NCBI GenBank assembly: GCA_947482665.1
Contig: CANKJK010000012.1
Location: forward strand, 1,114-65,113
Direction: 5' to 3'
Source of the DNA: Acidobacteriota bacterium
Lineage (GTDB): Bacteria; Acidobacteriota; Vicinamibacteria; Vicinamibacterales; UBA2999
Length of the DNA: 64,000 nucleotides
The notes under the pieces were generated by a model. It saw nothing but the letters and a program-made list of their open reading frames with translations, had not been told where the DNA came from and made no database searches. The number at the start of each line of letters is the position of its first letter. The first letter of the stretch is position 1. Made by a program: the position numbers and the translations under genes. Below are positions 29,923 to 38,756 of this stretch, piece by piece.

Positions 29923-31658
29923 GCGGGGCCACCCGAACGTCTTGCCTGGTGGCGGCCGTGCTGGCCGCGCTGGCGTGTTGGCTGCCCTTCCAGGTGCCGG
30001 TGCGCGTGGCCGTCGCGCGCGTGACGTGGAGCGCCGGGACCGACCCGGCCTCCCGTGGCTATCTCGAACGCAAGCGGCACCTGCGCCCGCTCGGCGCGTC
30101 CGGTGACACGTGGTCCTATGCCCTGATGGATACGTCACCCACGGCTCTTGAGGCGGTGCGCCGCACGCCGGGGCTGACCCTCGTGGAGGGTCTCGATGCT
30201 GGCGCTGGTGAGCCGACCCTGTGGCGGAGCCTGTCGGTCGTCGACTGGCTGGACCGCGTGCATGGGCGCGACGTACGGCGCTACCTCCAGCCGATGACGG
30301 TCGTCTTCGCTGTCTGGCTCGCGTTCGTCGTCTCCCTGCTCGCCACGTCCGGCGGCCGAGCCTGGCTCGTCTCTCGCGTGACGCCAGTCGACCGGCGGGC
30401 CCTCGGCGCCTATCGTCTGGCCGTGGCGGCCGGCCTGCTCGTCGTGGTGGCCTGTGCGCACTGGCCGGCGGGCTGGTGGGTGCTGCCGGGGTTCGTGCTC
30501 GTCGCGGCCTTCGGCGCCGGAGTCTGGCCACGCGTCGCGCTGGCGGCGCTCGCGGTGCTCCTGGCCTCGGCCCTTGGAGGGGATGCGGCGGATCATGACT
30601 ACTTCGCACCCTATCAGGCGTGGCTGCTCTTCCTGTGCGTGCCCTGGGCCGAGGGAGTGTGGCCCTGGCAGGGGCGTGAGATGGCAGCCGAGGCGTGCGC
30701 GCCGTCGCGCCGGTATGGTGTGGCGCTGGTGATCGTGCCGCTCGTGCTGGGCACCGCGTATCTGGCGGCGGCACTGGCGAAACTGGATCAGAGCACGCAC
30801 GCCTGGCTGCTCGGCGGCGCGGTGCGGTATCACATCGCGCAGGATGGCCCGGCGGCCCCCGGTGAGCTGTGGCGTGTCGTGGCCAGTCACGATTGGCTGA
30901 CGCGTGCGCTGTCGCCGATGGTGATCGTCCTTGAGGCGCTGGTCATCCTGGCCGTCCTGCTCCCGCGTCCCGCCGTGCGGGCAGCCGCCGGTGCGGTGGC
31001 GCTGTCGCTCCATCTGGGCTTCGGCACCCTGCAGGGCGTCTGGTGGGAGGCGTGGTGGGTCTTGCTGCCGGCGTTCCTGCCGTGGGCGTGGGTGGTGGAC
31101 CGATGGTGGCCGGTCGCTACGACGACGGAGATGCGGCCGGTCACGACGCCGGTGGCGTCACGCTGGCCCGCGTGGGTGAGTGCGGCGCTGGCGCTGTTCC
31201 TCGTGCAGCAGCCCGTGGCCTCCGCGCTACGCCTGGAATGGAAGCCCTTCCTCTCGAACTTTCCGATGTACTCGAACGTCGCGTGGGCGTCGAAGGCGGA
31301 ATACGCCGCGCATATGGATCGCTGGAAGCAGCCGCAGGGCCGGGCGCTCAGACTGCTGGGCGCGGACGGGTCACCAGTGGAGGCCGCGCACGCGCTCCGA
31401 GCGCTTGAGGCGTGTGGGGCGCTCGCCGTGCTCACGGCTCCGGTCACGGCGCGCGAGGCCGTCATGCCGGATGAGCGCACGGCGCTGGACCGGTGCGCCG
31501 CCGCCTATGCGGCCGGTGCGACCACGCGCCCCACGCTCTCTGTTGAAGCGTCACCCCGGCGCTTCAGCTGGGAGGTTGTCGACTTCGTGCCGACCGGCGA
31601 GTTGACGGCCGTCGGATCGCTCGCATCACGGCCGGGCGGCCTCCCGGCAGCGCCGTGA
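29919..31658 (+). CDS. polytopic membrane protein, possibly HTTM (vitamin-K gamma-carboxylase-like) domain
   Basis: Many hydrophobic helices. VDRRALGAYRLAVAAGLLVV...DHDYFAPYQAWLLFLCVPW and ...MVIVLEALVILAVLLPR...LSLHLGFGTL resemble HTTM domain landmarks as I remember them. This was not computed. Confidence 0.4.
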   Translation: MSGATRTSCLVAAVLAALACWLPFQVPVRVAVARVTWSAGTDPASRGYLERKRHLRPLGASGDTWSYALMDTSPTALEAVRRTPGLTLVEGLDAGAGEPTLWRSLSVVDWLDRVHGRDVRRYLQPMTVVFAVWLAFVVSLLATSGGRAWLVSRVTPVDRRALGAYRLAVAAGLLVVVACAHWPAGWWVLPGFVLVAAFGAGVWPRVALAALAVLLASALGGDAADHDYFAPYQAWLLFLCVPWAEGVWPWQGREMAAEACAPSRRYGVALVIVPLVLGTAYLAAALAKLDQSTHAWLLGGAVRYHIAQDGPAAPGELWRVVASHDWLTRALSPMVIVLEALVILAVLLPRPAVRAAAGAVALSLHLGFGTLQGVWWEAWWVLLPAFLPWAWVVDRWWPVATTTEMRPVTTPVASRWPAWVSAALALFLVQQPVASALRLEWKPFLSNFPMYSNVAWASKAEYAAHMDRWKQPQGRALRLLGADGSPVEAAHALRALEACGALAVLTAPVTAREAVMPDERTALDRCAAAYAAGATTRPTLSVEASPRRFSWEVVDFVPTGELTAVGSLASRPGGLPAAP

Positions 31659-31679
31659 CGTTCTGACACAATACCTCGC

Positions 31680-33905
31680 GTGAATCACAGTCGGACACGC
31701 GGGTTTCTCCTCACGGTGCTGGCCGTGATCGTCTTGACGTCGGTGACCAGGCCTGTCCTCGCGCAGGCGCCCGCCACGGCCCCGCGCCCCACGCTCACGG
31801 CGGTCGAACTCAAGGAGCCCTTGCGTATCGACGGGCGACTCGACGAGCCGTTCTACGCCACGACGCCCCCGACGACGCAGTTGACGCAGACGGAGCCCGT
31901 GGCCGGCCAGCCCTTCTCCGAGAAGACGGAACTCTGGGTGGCGTTTGATCGCCGGAACATCTACGTGACCTGGCGGTGCTGGGAGTCGCATCCGGATCGT
32001 GTCATCGGCTCGGAGCTGCGCCGCGACAGCAATCTCATTGTCACGGCCAACGACAACGTGGCCTTCGCGTTCGATTCGTTTCACGACCGCCGGAACAGTG
32101 TGCTCTTCGTCGTCGGGCCGGACGGCGGCCGCGTGGACGGACAGGTCGTGGGGGAGCGCCAATGGAGCTCGGACTGGAATCCCGTCTGGAGCCTGAAGAC
32201 GAGCCGGTTTGATGGAGGCTGGATCGTGGAGGCGGCCATCCCGTTCCGGTCGCTCCGGTACACGCCAGGGTCTTCGAAGCCGTGGGGCTTCATGGCTCGC
32301 CGCATGAGCCGCTGGAAGAACGAGATCGCCTACATCACGCCGGTGCCCAATGGATCGGGCATCGCCTCGGTCATGTGGGCGTCCTTCTATGCGGACCTGG
32401 CAGGCATCCACACGCCGCCAGCCGGGAAGAACCTCGAGGTGAAGCCCTACGTCACGGGGAGTCTCACGACCGACCGGACCGCGACGCCCCGGCGGAATAA
32501 CGACCCCGCCGGTGATGTGGGCGTGGATGTGAAGTACGGCCTGCGGCAGAACCTGACGGCGGACCTGACCTACAACACCGACTTCGCGCAGGTCGAAGCC
32601 GATGAACAGCAGGTGAACCTGACCCGCTTCAGTCTGTTCTTTCCAGAGAAGCGCGAGTTCTTCCTGGAGAACCAGGGCACGTTTGCGTTCGGCGGCGCCG
32701 GGGGCGCCGGCACGGCCGGGCCCGATGTACCCACGCTCTTCTACAGCCGCAGGATTGGCCTGGATGACGGGCAGGCGATTCCGATCCTCGGCGGCGGACG
32801 CGTCACCGGCCGGTCCGCCGGTCTCGAAATCGGCGCCATGCAGATCCGCACGGACAACGGCGGCACGGCGCGGCTCCGCGCGACGGACTTCTCGGCACTG
32901 CGGCTGAAGCGCGACATCCTCGGCAAGAGCAGCGTCGGCGTGATGGCCACGCGCCGCTCCGAAGCGCCCGGGCGGCGCAGCCCTGGCGCGACCTACGGCG
33001 CGGATGCGCGCTTCGCATTCGGTCAGAACCTGTCGGCCAACGCGTACTGGGCCGAGACGGATACGCCTGGCGTCTCCGGCGATCAGCAGAGTTACCGCGC
33101 GCAACTGGACTACAACGCCGACCGCTATCAGCTCCAGGCGGAGCGGCTCGACGTGGGCGCCGGCTTCAATCCGGAAATCGGTTTCGTCCGGCGGCGGAAC
33201 ATGGTGAAGTCCGCGGCCTTGATGCGGTTCAGTCCGCGTCCCCATCACGGCCCTGTACGAAAGGTCTCCATGTCGTCGGCCATCAACTACATCGAGAACG
33301 GCACCGGGCGCCTTGAGACGCGTCAGGTCGACGGCGACGTTTCGGTCGAGTTCCAGAACAGCGACAAAGTGCTGATCGGCGTCACGGACGAGTACGAGTT
33401 CCTGCCCCAGCCCTTCCGGATTGCCTCCTCCGTGACGCTGCCGAGTGCGGGGTATGGCTTCCGATTCTTCCGCGCGGGCTTCGACTTCGGGCAGCAGCGC
33501 GCCGCGTTCGGCCAGGTGCGGGTGCAGCGGGGTGAGTTCTACAGCGGCACGCAGACGACGGTCGCACTCAGCGCGGCGCGGGTGGCCTTCAGCCCGCGGC
33601 TGGCGGTGGAGCCCACGGCGTCCATCAACGCCGTCGAGCTGCGCGAGGGCCACTTCACGAATCGGCTGGTCGGTGGACGCGTCACCTTCACCGCCACGCC
33701 GCGGATGTTTACCAGTGCGTTGATTCAGTACAACTCGAGCACGGCGTCGCTCAGCAGCAACGTGCGCTTCCGGTGGGAGTACCTGCCTGGCAGCGAACTG
33801 TTTCTGGTCTACAACGACCAGCGAGGCACCGTAGGCGCGCAGGGGTTCCCCGACCTGCAGAACCGCTCGCTCATCCTCAAGATCAACCGGTTGCTGCGCT
33901 TCTGA
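31680..33905 (+). CDS. DUF5916-family outer-membrane protein with N-terminal CBM9-like domain (copy 2)
   Basis: GTG start and signal peptide. LRIDGRLDEPFY...DWNPVW...GGWIVEAAIPFRSLRY. LTYNTDFAQVEADEQQVNLTRFSLFFPEKREFFLEN. C-terminal LILKINRLLRF. Confidence 0.75.
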   Translation: MNHSRTRGFLLTVLAVIVLTSVTRPVLAQAPATAPRPTLTAVELKEPLRIDGRLDEPFYATTPPTTQLTQTEPVAGQPFSEKTELWVAFDRRNIYVTWRCWESHPDRVIGSELRRDSNLIVTANDNVAFAFDSFHDRRNSVLFVVGPDGGRVDGQVVGERQWSSDWNPVWSLKTSRFDGGWIVEAAIPFRSLRYTPGSSKPWGFMARRMSRWKNEIAYITPVPNGSGIASVMWASFYADLAGIHTPPAGKNLEVKPYVTGSLTTDRTATPRRNNDPAGDVGVDVKYGLRQNLTADLTYNTDFAQVEADEQQVNLTRFSLFFPEKREFFLENQGTFAFGGAGGAGTAGPDVPTLFYSRRIGLDDGQAIPILGGGRVTGRSAGLEIGAMQIRTDNGGTARLRATDFSALRLKRDILGKSSVGVMATRRSEAPGRRSPGATYGADARFAFGQNLSANAYWAETDTPGVSGDQQSYRAQLDYNADRYQLQAERLDVGAGFNPEIGFVRRRNMVKSAALMRFSPRPHHGPVRKVSMSSAINYIENGTGRLETRQVDGDVSVEFQNSDKVLIGVTDEYEFLPQPFRIASSVTLPSAGYGFRFFRAGFDFGQQRAAFGQVRVQRGEFYSGTQTTVALSAARVAFSPRLAVEPTASINAVELREGHFTNRLVGGRVTFTATPRMFTSALIQYNSSTASLSSNVRFRWEYLPGSELFLVYNDQRGTVGAQGFPDLQNRSLILKINRLLRF

Positions 33906-33981
33906 CGGCGTCTGTGTCTGCGTTGCCGGCCGCGAGCGCCGTGCCGACCGCGAGCCGGCGTTGGAGGGTGAGGTGAACGGA

Positions 33982-34008
33982 CCCGGCGATGCCGTGCGGC
34001 ACCGCCGG
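33982..34008. terminator. GC-rich hairpin between convergent genes (possible bidirectional terminator, no clear U-tract)
   Basis: CCCGGCG-AT-GCCG-TG-CGGC-A-CGCCGGG read directly. It lies between the stop at 33905 (+) and the stop at 34025 (-). Confidence 0.35.
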
Positions 34009-34024
34009 GAACCGGGGGAAGAGG

Positions 34025-35590
34025 CTACTGCTCCGGGTAGACGAAGGGCTTGTTGCTGACGCCCTTCTTGTCCGTGGCTTCCGGCGACGTGTTCTCGTAG
34101 TCGTGCGGTGAGAACTTGCCGATGGACTTCGCGCCGAGCGTGCGGAGGAAGACCGCCGTGTCGGGGCGTTCATAGAAGATGCCGTCCACGGTGCCTTCGA
34201 CAAGGCCCAACGGAGACTGTCCTTCGAGATAGTACCGGCCCAGGCCAAAACCCTTGAACGGCTGACTGACCGGGTTGAGGTCCGCGCCCTTGGCCAGCAT
34301 GAACTTGATGATCTCGTGGAAGCCGGCCCTGGCGGCCACGTGCATGGCCCGGTAGCCGCGCTCATTCTCGGCTTCAAGCGTGACCCCATGGTCCAGTGCG
34401 GTTTGCGCAGCGGCCAGCCGCTTCTCTTCCGTGACGAGCGTGACGTTTTCCAGGATGCCGTCGCACACCGCCATCAGGGCGGTCTGCCCATCCTTCGCGG
34501 TCAGCAGCGGGTCGGCGCCCTTGCTCTTCAATAACTGCATGACTTCCGCGTCAGCCGACTGCGCGGCGATCAGGTAGGGGGTGGCGCCCATGTGCGGCGG
34601 CCGGTTCCCGGCGCCGTTCTGCGGATTCATCTCGGGCAGCATCCGCGTGCTCGTCGCATTCACGTTGGCGCCCTTGGCGATCAGCAGGTTGATGAGCGCG
34701 AGCTTGGCCGCCCGGTCAGGGATGCCGGCGAAGGTGCCCCATTCCCCGTCGGCGTCGATGCCCTTGTAGGTCATTGGGATCGGCTCGAAGGTGGCTGCCG
34801 CCCACATCAACGGAGAGTAGCCGGCGGCCTTGAGGTCGCCATCCGCCCGCGCGCCGCGCTCAAGCAGGTAGGTGGACAGCGCGGTATGACCTTTGACGGT
34901 GGCGATGAGCAGCGGCGAGCTGCCGTCTTTTGCCGCCGCCTCGAGGTCGTCGCCCTTGTCGAGCAGCAGCCGGGCCATGTCCACGCTGCCCTGACGCGCG
35001 GCGTACATGAGCGGCGTGTACTCGGCCGTGGACCGCAACTTGATGTTTGCACCGGCCTCGATGAGCGTCCGCGCGATCTCCACGTGCCCCTCGGCCACGG
35101 CCCAGTGCAGCGCCGACTGACCCTTCGACAGCTGGGCGGCGTTGGGGTTGGCGCCGCCCTTGAGGAGCCGTGCCACGGCGGCGGTGTTTCCGCTGCGCAC
35201 GGCCGACATCAGCACTGTCTCGCCGGCCGGGCGTGTGGCGTTCGCGTTGGCGCCGCCGGTGAGCAGCGTGTCGAGCATCTCGACGCTGCCGTTGATGGCG
35301 GCCAGGAACAGCGGCGTCACGCCGTAATCGTTCGTGGTGTTCGGCTTCGCGCCCGAGGCCAGGAGCCGCTTGGCCAGGGCGACGTCGTTGTGGTGCGCGG
35401 CCCAGTGCAGCGCGGTCGCGCCATCGGCCTGCGGCTGGTTGACGTCGATGCCCTTCTTGACGAGGGCCAGGACACCCGCGCTGTTGGCGTGTTCCGCGAG
35501 GTCGGCCAGCGTGGGCGAGGGCGTGGCGCCAGCGCCCAGGCCGGCCGCGATGAGGACCACCAGAGAGGCCGAGGGAATGATGTGCTTCAC
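34025..35590 (-). CDS. signal-peptide ankyrin-repeat protein (paralogue A)
   Basis: Signal peptide MKHIIPSASLVVLIAAGLGAGA. Many ANK units (DGATALHWAAHHNDVALAKRLLASGAKPN, YGVTPLFLAAINGSVEMLDTLLTGGANAN, and others). Confidence 0.85.
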   Translation of the reverse strand: MKHIIPSASLVVLIAAGLGAGATPSPTLADLAEHANSAGVLALVKKGIDVNQPQADGATALHWAAHHNDVALAKRLLASGAKPNTTNDYGVTPLFLAAINGSVEMLDTLLTGGANANATRPAGETVLMSAVRSGNTAAVARLLKGGANPNAAQLSKGQSALHWAVAEGHVEIARTLIEAGANIKLRSTAEYTPLMYAARQGSVDMARLLLDKGDDLEAAAKDGSSPLLIATVKGHTALSTYLLERGARADGDLKAAGYSPLMWAAATFEPIPMTYKGIDADGEWGTFAGIPDRAAKLALINLLIAKGANVNATSTRMLPEMNPQNGAGNRPPHMGATPYLIAAQSADAEVMQLLKSKGADPLLTAKDGQTALMAVCDGILENVTLVTEEKRLAAAQTALDHGVTLEAENERGYRAMHVAARAGFHEIIKFMLAKGADLNPVSQPFKGFGLGRYYLEGQSPLGLVEGTVDGIFYERPDTAVFLRTLGAKSIGKFSPHDYENTSPEATDKKGVSNKPFVYPEQ

Positions 35591-35707
35591 GGTCAGGCTC
35601 CTTCGCGGCAGAGTGTAGCCGGATCCCTCCGGGCCGCGCCAACTGAACCATGCGTCCGTTCAAGTCGTGCGTCGTCACGCCGATTACTGGAGCACTCGGA
35701 GGTGGAC

Positions 35708-36409
35708 GTGTCTGTGCGGCAGGTGTTGGGTGTCTGGGGTCTGGGCGTATTGGTTGTTGGCGTGGCGACTTTTTCGGTGCGTGCCGAAGGGCCGTCGCCG
35801 GATGCCAGCCTGGCCCGCCTGAAATCGGGCAACGCCCGGATCACGCATATGGCGGTGAAGTCCGGGACCGAGGCTCCGATGCCGAGGGCCGCGCAACCGG
35901 TCGCGGCCGTGCTCTCGTGCGCCGAATCCCTGATGCCCTCGGAAGAGGTGTTCGGGGCGGCGCCAGGTGAGCTGTTCGTGGTCCGCTCCCTTGGCCACGT
36001 CGTGGACCACGCGACCCTGGCCAGCGTCGAATACGCCGTGGAGCGGCTGCACGTCCCACTGGTCGTCGTGTTGGGTCACGAGATGTGCGGCGCGCTGCGC
36101 GCGGCCTCGGATACGCTGCCAGGTCAGTCGTCCGGCCCGCACTATGACTTCCTCATCAAGGCGCTCAAGCCTGCCGTGAGCCGGGCCAGCGGCATGCCTG
36201 AGTCGCAGCGGATGCGCACGGCCGTGCTTGAGAATGTCGAGGAGTCCATCAACACGCTCCTCCAGGACAGCGCCATCATTCGTCACCTGGCGCAAGAGCA
36301 CCGGATTCGCCTGGTGGGGGCGTTTCACGAGAGTTCCAGCGGCCGGGTGTTCTTTTCGGAGCTGGTCGACGTCCCGCATCTTGAAAGCGCGGTCGCGGAG
36401 CGACATTGA
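35708..36409 (+). CDS. beta-carbonic-anhydrase-like protein with N-terminal signal/TM segment and a non-canonical active-site dyad
   Basis: LKSGNARI...AAVLSCAESLMPSEEVFGAAPGELFVVRSLGHVV...VEYAVERLHVPLVVVLGHEMCGA follows the beta-CA layout (CxDxR ... HxxC), but here reads CAESL. GGAGG at 35698-35702 lies before the GTG at 35708. Confidence 0.65.
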   Translation: MSVRQVLGVWGLGVLVVGVATFSVRAEGPSPDASLARLKSGNARITHMAVKSGTEAPMPRAAQPVAAVLSCAESLMPSEEVFGAAPGELFVVRSLGHVVDHATLASVEYAVERLHVPLVVVLGHEMCGALRAASDTLPGQSSGPHYDFLIKALKPAVSRASGMPESQRMRTAVLENVEESINTLLQDSAIIRHLAQEHRIRLVGAFHESSSGRVFFSELVDVPHLESAVAERH

Positions 36410-37107
36410 TGAGGGCCAGAACGCTGCTCATCGGCGTGGCGCTGAGCGCGATGGCTGCCAGGGCCACCGCCCAGCATCATGAAGAGCCGCACACAGGTGC
36501 GGCAAAAGCGCCGCACGCGCCCGTGGAGGCGTTTGCCGGAGCCGCCGCGAAGGCGTCAGCGGGGCACACGCCGGAGGCACCACCCCGCCAGGGGACGCCC
36601 AGCCAGGAGTCGGCCCGTGTGCCGGTGCTGGGGCAGGTGATGCCGGCCAAGCCGGAGGTGAAGCCGGCCGGCGCGAAGCCGACACGGACCCCTGAAGCGG
36701 TCGCGGTGGAGAAGGGGCACGTGGCCGAACGAGACCAGCCTGCAGAGAAGGCGCGTGCTGCGGAGCGCGGGAAACTGGCGGAGCACGGCCACGCGGAGGA
36801 GAAGGGGACCGCGGAGTCCCCGGCGCCCGGCCGGGACACCTCTGCGCGGCGGAAGGCCGAGCCGGCCAGCCGGTCAAACCCGGTGGACGTCGCGGCGTCC
36901 ATCAATCAGCGGCTGGCAGAACTCGCGGAACTGCGGAAGACCGTTCCGGCGGCTTTCACACGGACGGCACCGCCCGTGAAGCGGGAGGGAGCGGTCAAGC
37001 CGCCCGAGGCGGCTCGACCACCTGAAACGGCTCGACCGAGAGTGCAACTGCAGTGGCGGGTTCCGGTGACGTGGCCCGAGGACCTCGGCGTCACCGGACA
37101 CTCCTAG
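36409..37107 (+). CDS. secreted low-complexity Ala/Pro/Glu/Lys/His-rich protein
   Basis: The ATG overlaps the CA-like stop (TGATG). Signal peptide MRARTLLIGVALSAMAARATA. HHEEPH, EKGHVAERD and AEHGHAEEKG patches. Third codon positions are mostly G/C. Confidence 0.5.
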   Translation: MRARTLLIGVALSAMAARATAQHHEEPHTGAAKAPHAPVEAFAGAAAKASAGHTPEAPPRQGTPSQESARVPVLGQVMPAKPEVKPAGAKPTRTPEAVAVEKGHVAERDQPAEKARAAERGKLAEHGHAEEKGTAESPAPGRDTSARRKAEPASRSNPVDVAASINQRLAELAELRKTVPAAFTRTAPPVKREGAVKPPEAARPPETARPRVQLQWRVPVTWPEDLGVTGHS

Positions 37108-37109
37108 CC

Positions 37110-38663
37110 TTACTTCTTCTTGACCTCTTCGAACTTCTTGTCGACCGCCTCGGGCGAGTTGTTCTCGTAGTCGTGCGGGTTGAACCGCCCAATGGACTTC
37201 GCCCCGAGCTTGCGGAGGAAGTCGGCCGTGTCAGGCCGCTCATAGAAAATGCCGGAGAGCGTGCCTTCCACGAGGCCCAGCGGGCTCTGACCCTCCACGT
37301 AGTAGCGCGAGAGGCCGAATCCCTTGAAGGGCTTGCTCACCGGGTTCATCTCGGCGCCACGGTCGAGCATGAAGGTGATGAGGCTGTGATAGCCGGCGCG
37401 GGCGGCGACGTGCATGGCGCGATAGCCGCGGTCGTCCTCGGCTTCCAATTTCACGCCGTGCTCAAGCCCCGTCTTCATGGCCTCGATCCGCTTCTCCTCG
37501 GTCAGGAGCATCGTATTTTCGAGGATGCCTTCACAGGCTGCCATCAGTGCGGTCTGTCCGTCCTTCGCGGTTAACAGCGGATCGGCGCCCTTGTCCTTCA
37601 GCAGGCGCATCATTTCCGCGTCCGCGGACTGCGCCGCGATGACATACGGCGGCGCCCCGAGATGCGGCGGCCGCGCGCCCTCGCCGTTGTGGGGCGCCAT
37701 CTGCGGGAGGCCGCGAGTGCCCTTCAGATTGACGTTGGCGCCCTTCGCAATGAGCAGGTTGACCAGCGCCATCTTGGCCGCGCGGTCCGGGATACCGCCG
37801 AACGTATTCCATTCCCCGTCGGCGTCGAGTCCCTTGTAGGTCATCGGGATCTGCTCAAACGTCCCGACGGCCCACATCAGCGGCGTATACCCCGCCGACT
37901 TGAAGTCCGCCTCCGGCTTGGCACCCTTCTCGAGCAGATACGTCGCCAGGGCTGTATTGCCCTTGACCGTGGCGATGAGCAGCGACGTGCTGCCGTCCTT
38001 GGCTGAGGCCTCAAGCTCGGCGCCCTTTTCGAGCAGCAGCTTGGCCATGTCCACGTTGCCCTGTCGTGCGGCGCCCATGAGCGGCGTGTACTCGCCCGTG
38101 GAGCGGAGCTTGATGTCGGCGCCGCCCTCGATGAGGGTGCGAGCCACGTCCACGAAGCCCTCGGCCACCGCCCAGTGCAGGGCCGACTGACCCTTCGAGA
38201 CCTGGATGGCGTTGGGATTGGCTCCGCCCTTCAGCAGCCGGGCCACGGCGGGTGCGTTCCCGCTTCTGACGGCGGTCATCAGCACCGTCTCACCCGTCGG
38301 CCGCGAAGCGTTGGCGTTGGCCCCCGCTGTCAGGAGTGCATCCACCATCTCGGCGCTGCCGTTGACGGCGGCCAGAAACAGCGGCGTGACCCCGTAATCA
38401 TTGGCCGCATTGGGCTTGGCGCCGGCAGCCAGCAGCTGCTTGGCCAGCGCGACCTCGTTGTGGTGGGCGGCCCAGTGGAGGGCCGTCGCGCCGTCAGCCT
38501 GGGGCCGGTTCACGTCGGCGCCCTTCTTGACGAGGGCCATGACGCCGGCGGCGTTGCCCCGTTCGGCCACATCAGCCACGGTGGCGACATTATTCGTGCC
38601 CGCGCCCATGCCGACCACGGCGAGCGCCGTGACCGCGGTGGCCCGAAGGATGAAATTGCCCAT
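37110..38663 (-). CDS. signal-peptide ankyrin-repeat protein (paralogue B)
   Basis: Collinear with 34025-35590 over the whole length (for example DGATALHWAAHHNEVALAKQLLAAGAKPN and RGYRAMHVAARAGYH). AAGGAG precedes the start. Confidence 0.85.
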   Translation of the reverse strand: MGNFILRATAVTALAVVGMGAGTNNVATVADVAERGNAAGVMALVKKGADVNRPQADGATALHWAAHHNEVALAKQLLAAGAKPNAANDYGVTPLFLAAVNGSAEMVDALLTAGANANASRPTGETVLMTAVRSGNAPAVARLLKGGANPNAIQVSKGQSALHWAVAEGFVDVARTLIEGGADIKLRSTGEYTPLMGAARQGNVDMAKLLLEKGAELEASAKDGSTSLLIATVKGNTALATYLLEKGAKPEADFKSAGYTPLMWAVGTFEQIPMTYKGLDADGEWNTFGGIPDRAAKMALVNLLIAKGANVNLKGTRGLPQMAPHNGEGARPPHLGAPPYVIAAQSADAEMMRLLKDKGADPLLTAKDGQTALMAACEGILENTMLLTEEKRIEAMKTGLEHGVKLEAEDDRGYRAMHVAARAGYHSLITFMLDRGAEMNPVSKPFKGFGLSRYYVEGQSPLGLVEGTLSGIFYERPDTADFLRKLGAKSIGRFNPHDYENNSPEAVDKKFEEVKKK

Positions 38664-38685
38664 GTCCTGACTCCTTGACGGCGTT

Positions 38686-38708
38686 AAAAAGGCCTCCCCT
38701 GGGAGGCT
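38686..38708 (-). promoter_or_regulatory. terminator-like hairpin plus U5 inside the 5' leader of ankyrin paralogue B
   Basis: The minus strand reads GCCTCC-CAGG-GGAGGC followed by TTTTT. AAGGAG and the ATG come about 20 nt later. Read directly from the sequence. Confidence 0.35.
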
Positions 38709-38756
38709 CCAGTCCTGTATGCTACCGGAGCCAACAGGTCCAGAGGGACATTTTCT

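Noticed and set aside
34592-35700. The 5' two-thirds of the 605-aa ORF 34592-36409.
   Set aside because: This part is antisense to ankyrin paralogue A and low-complexity. Only the last ~233 codons (from the GTG at about 35708, preceded by GGAGG) show the signal peptide and beta-CA-like motifs.
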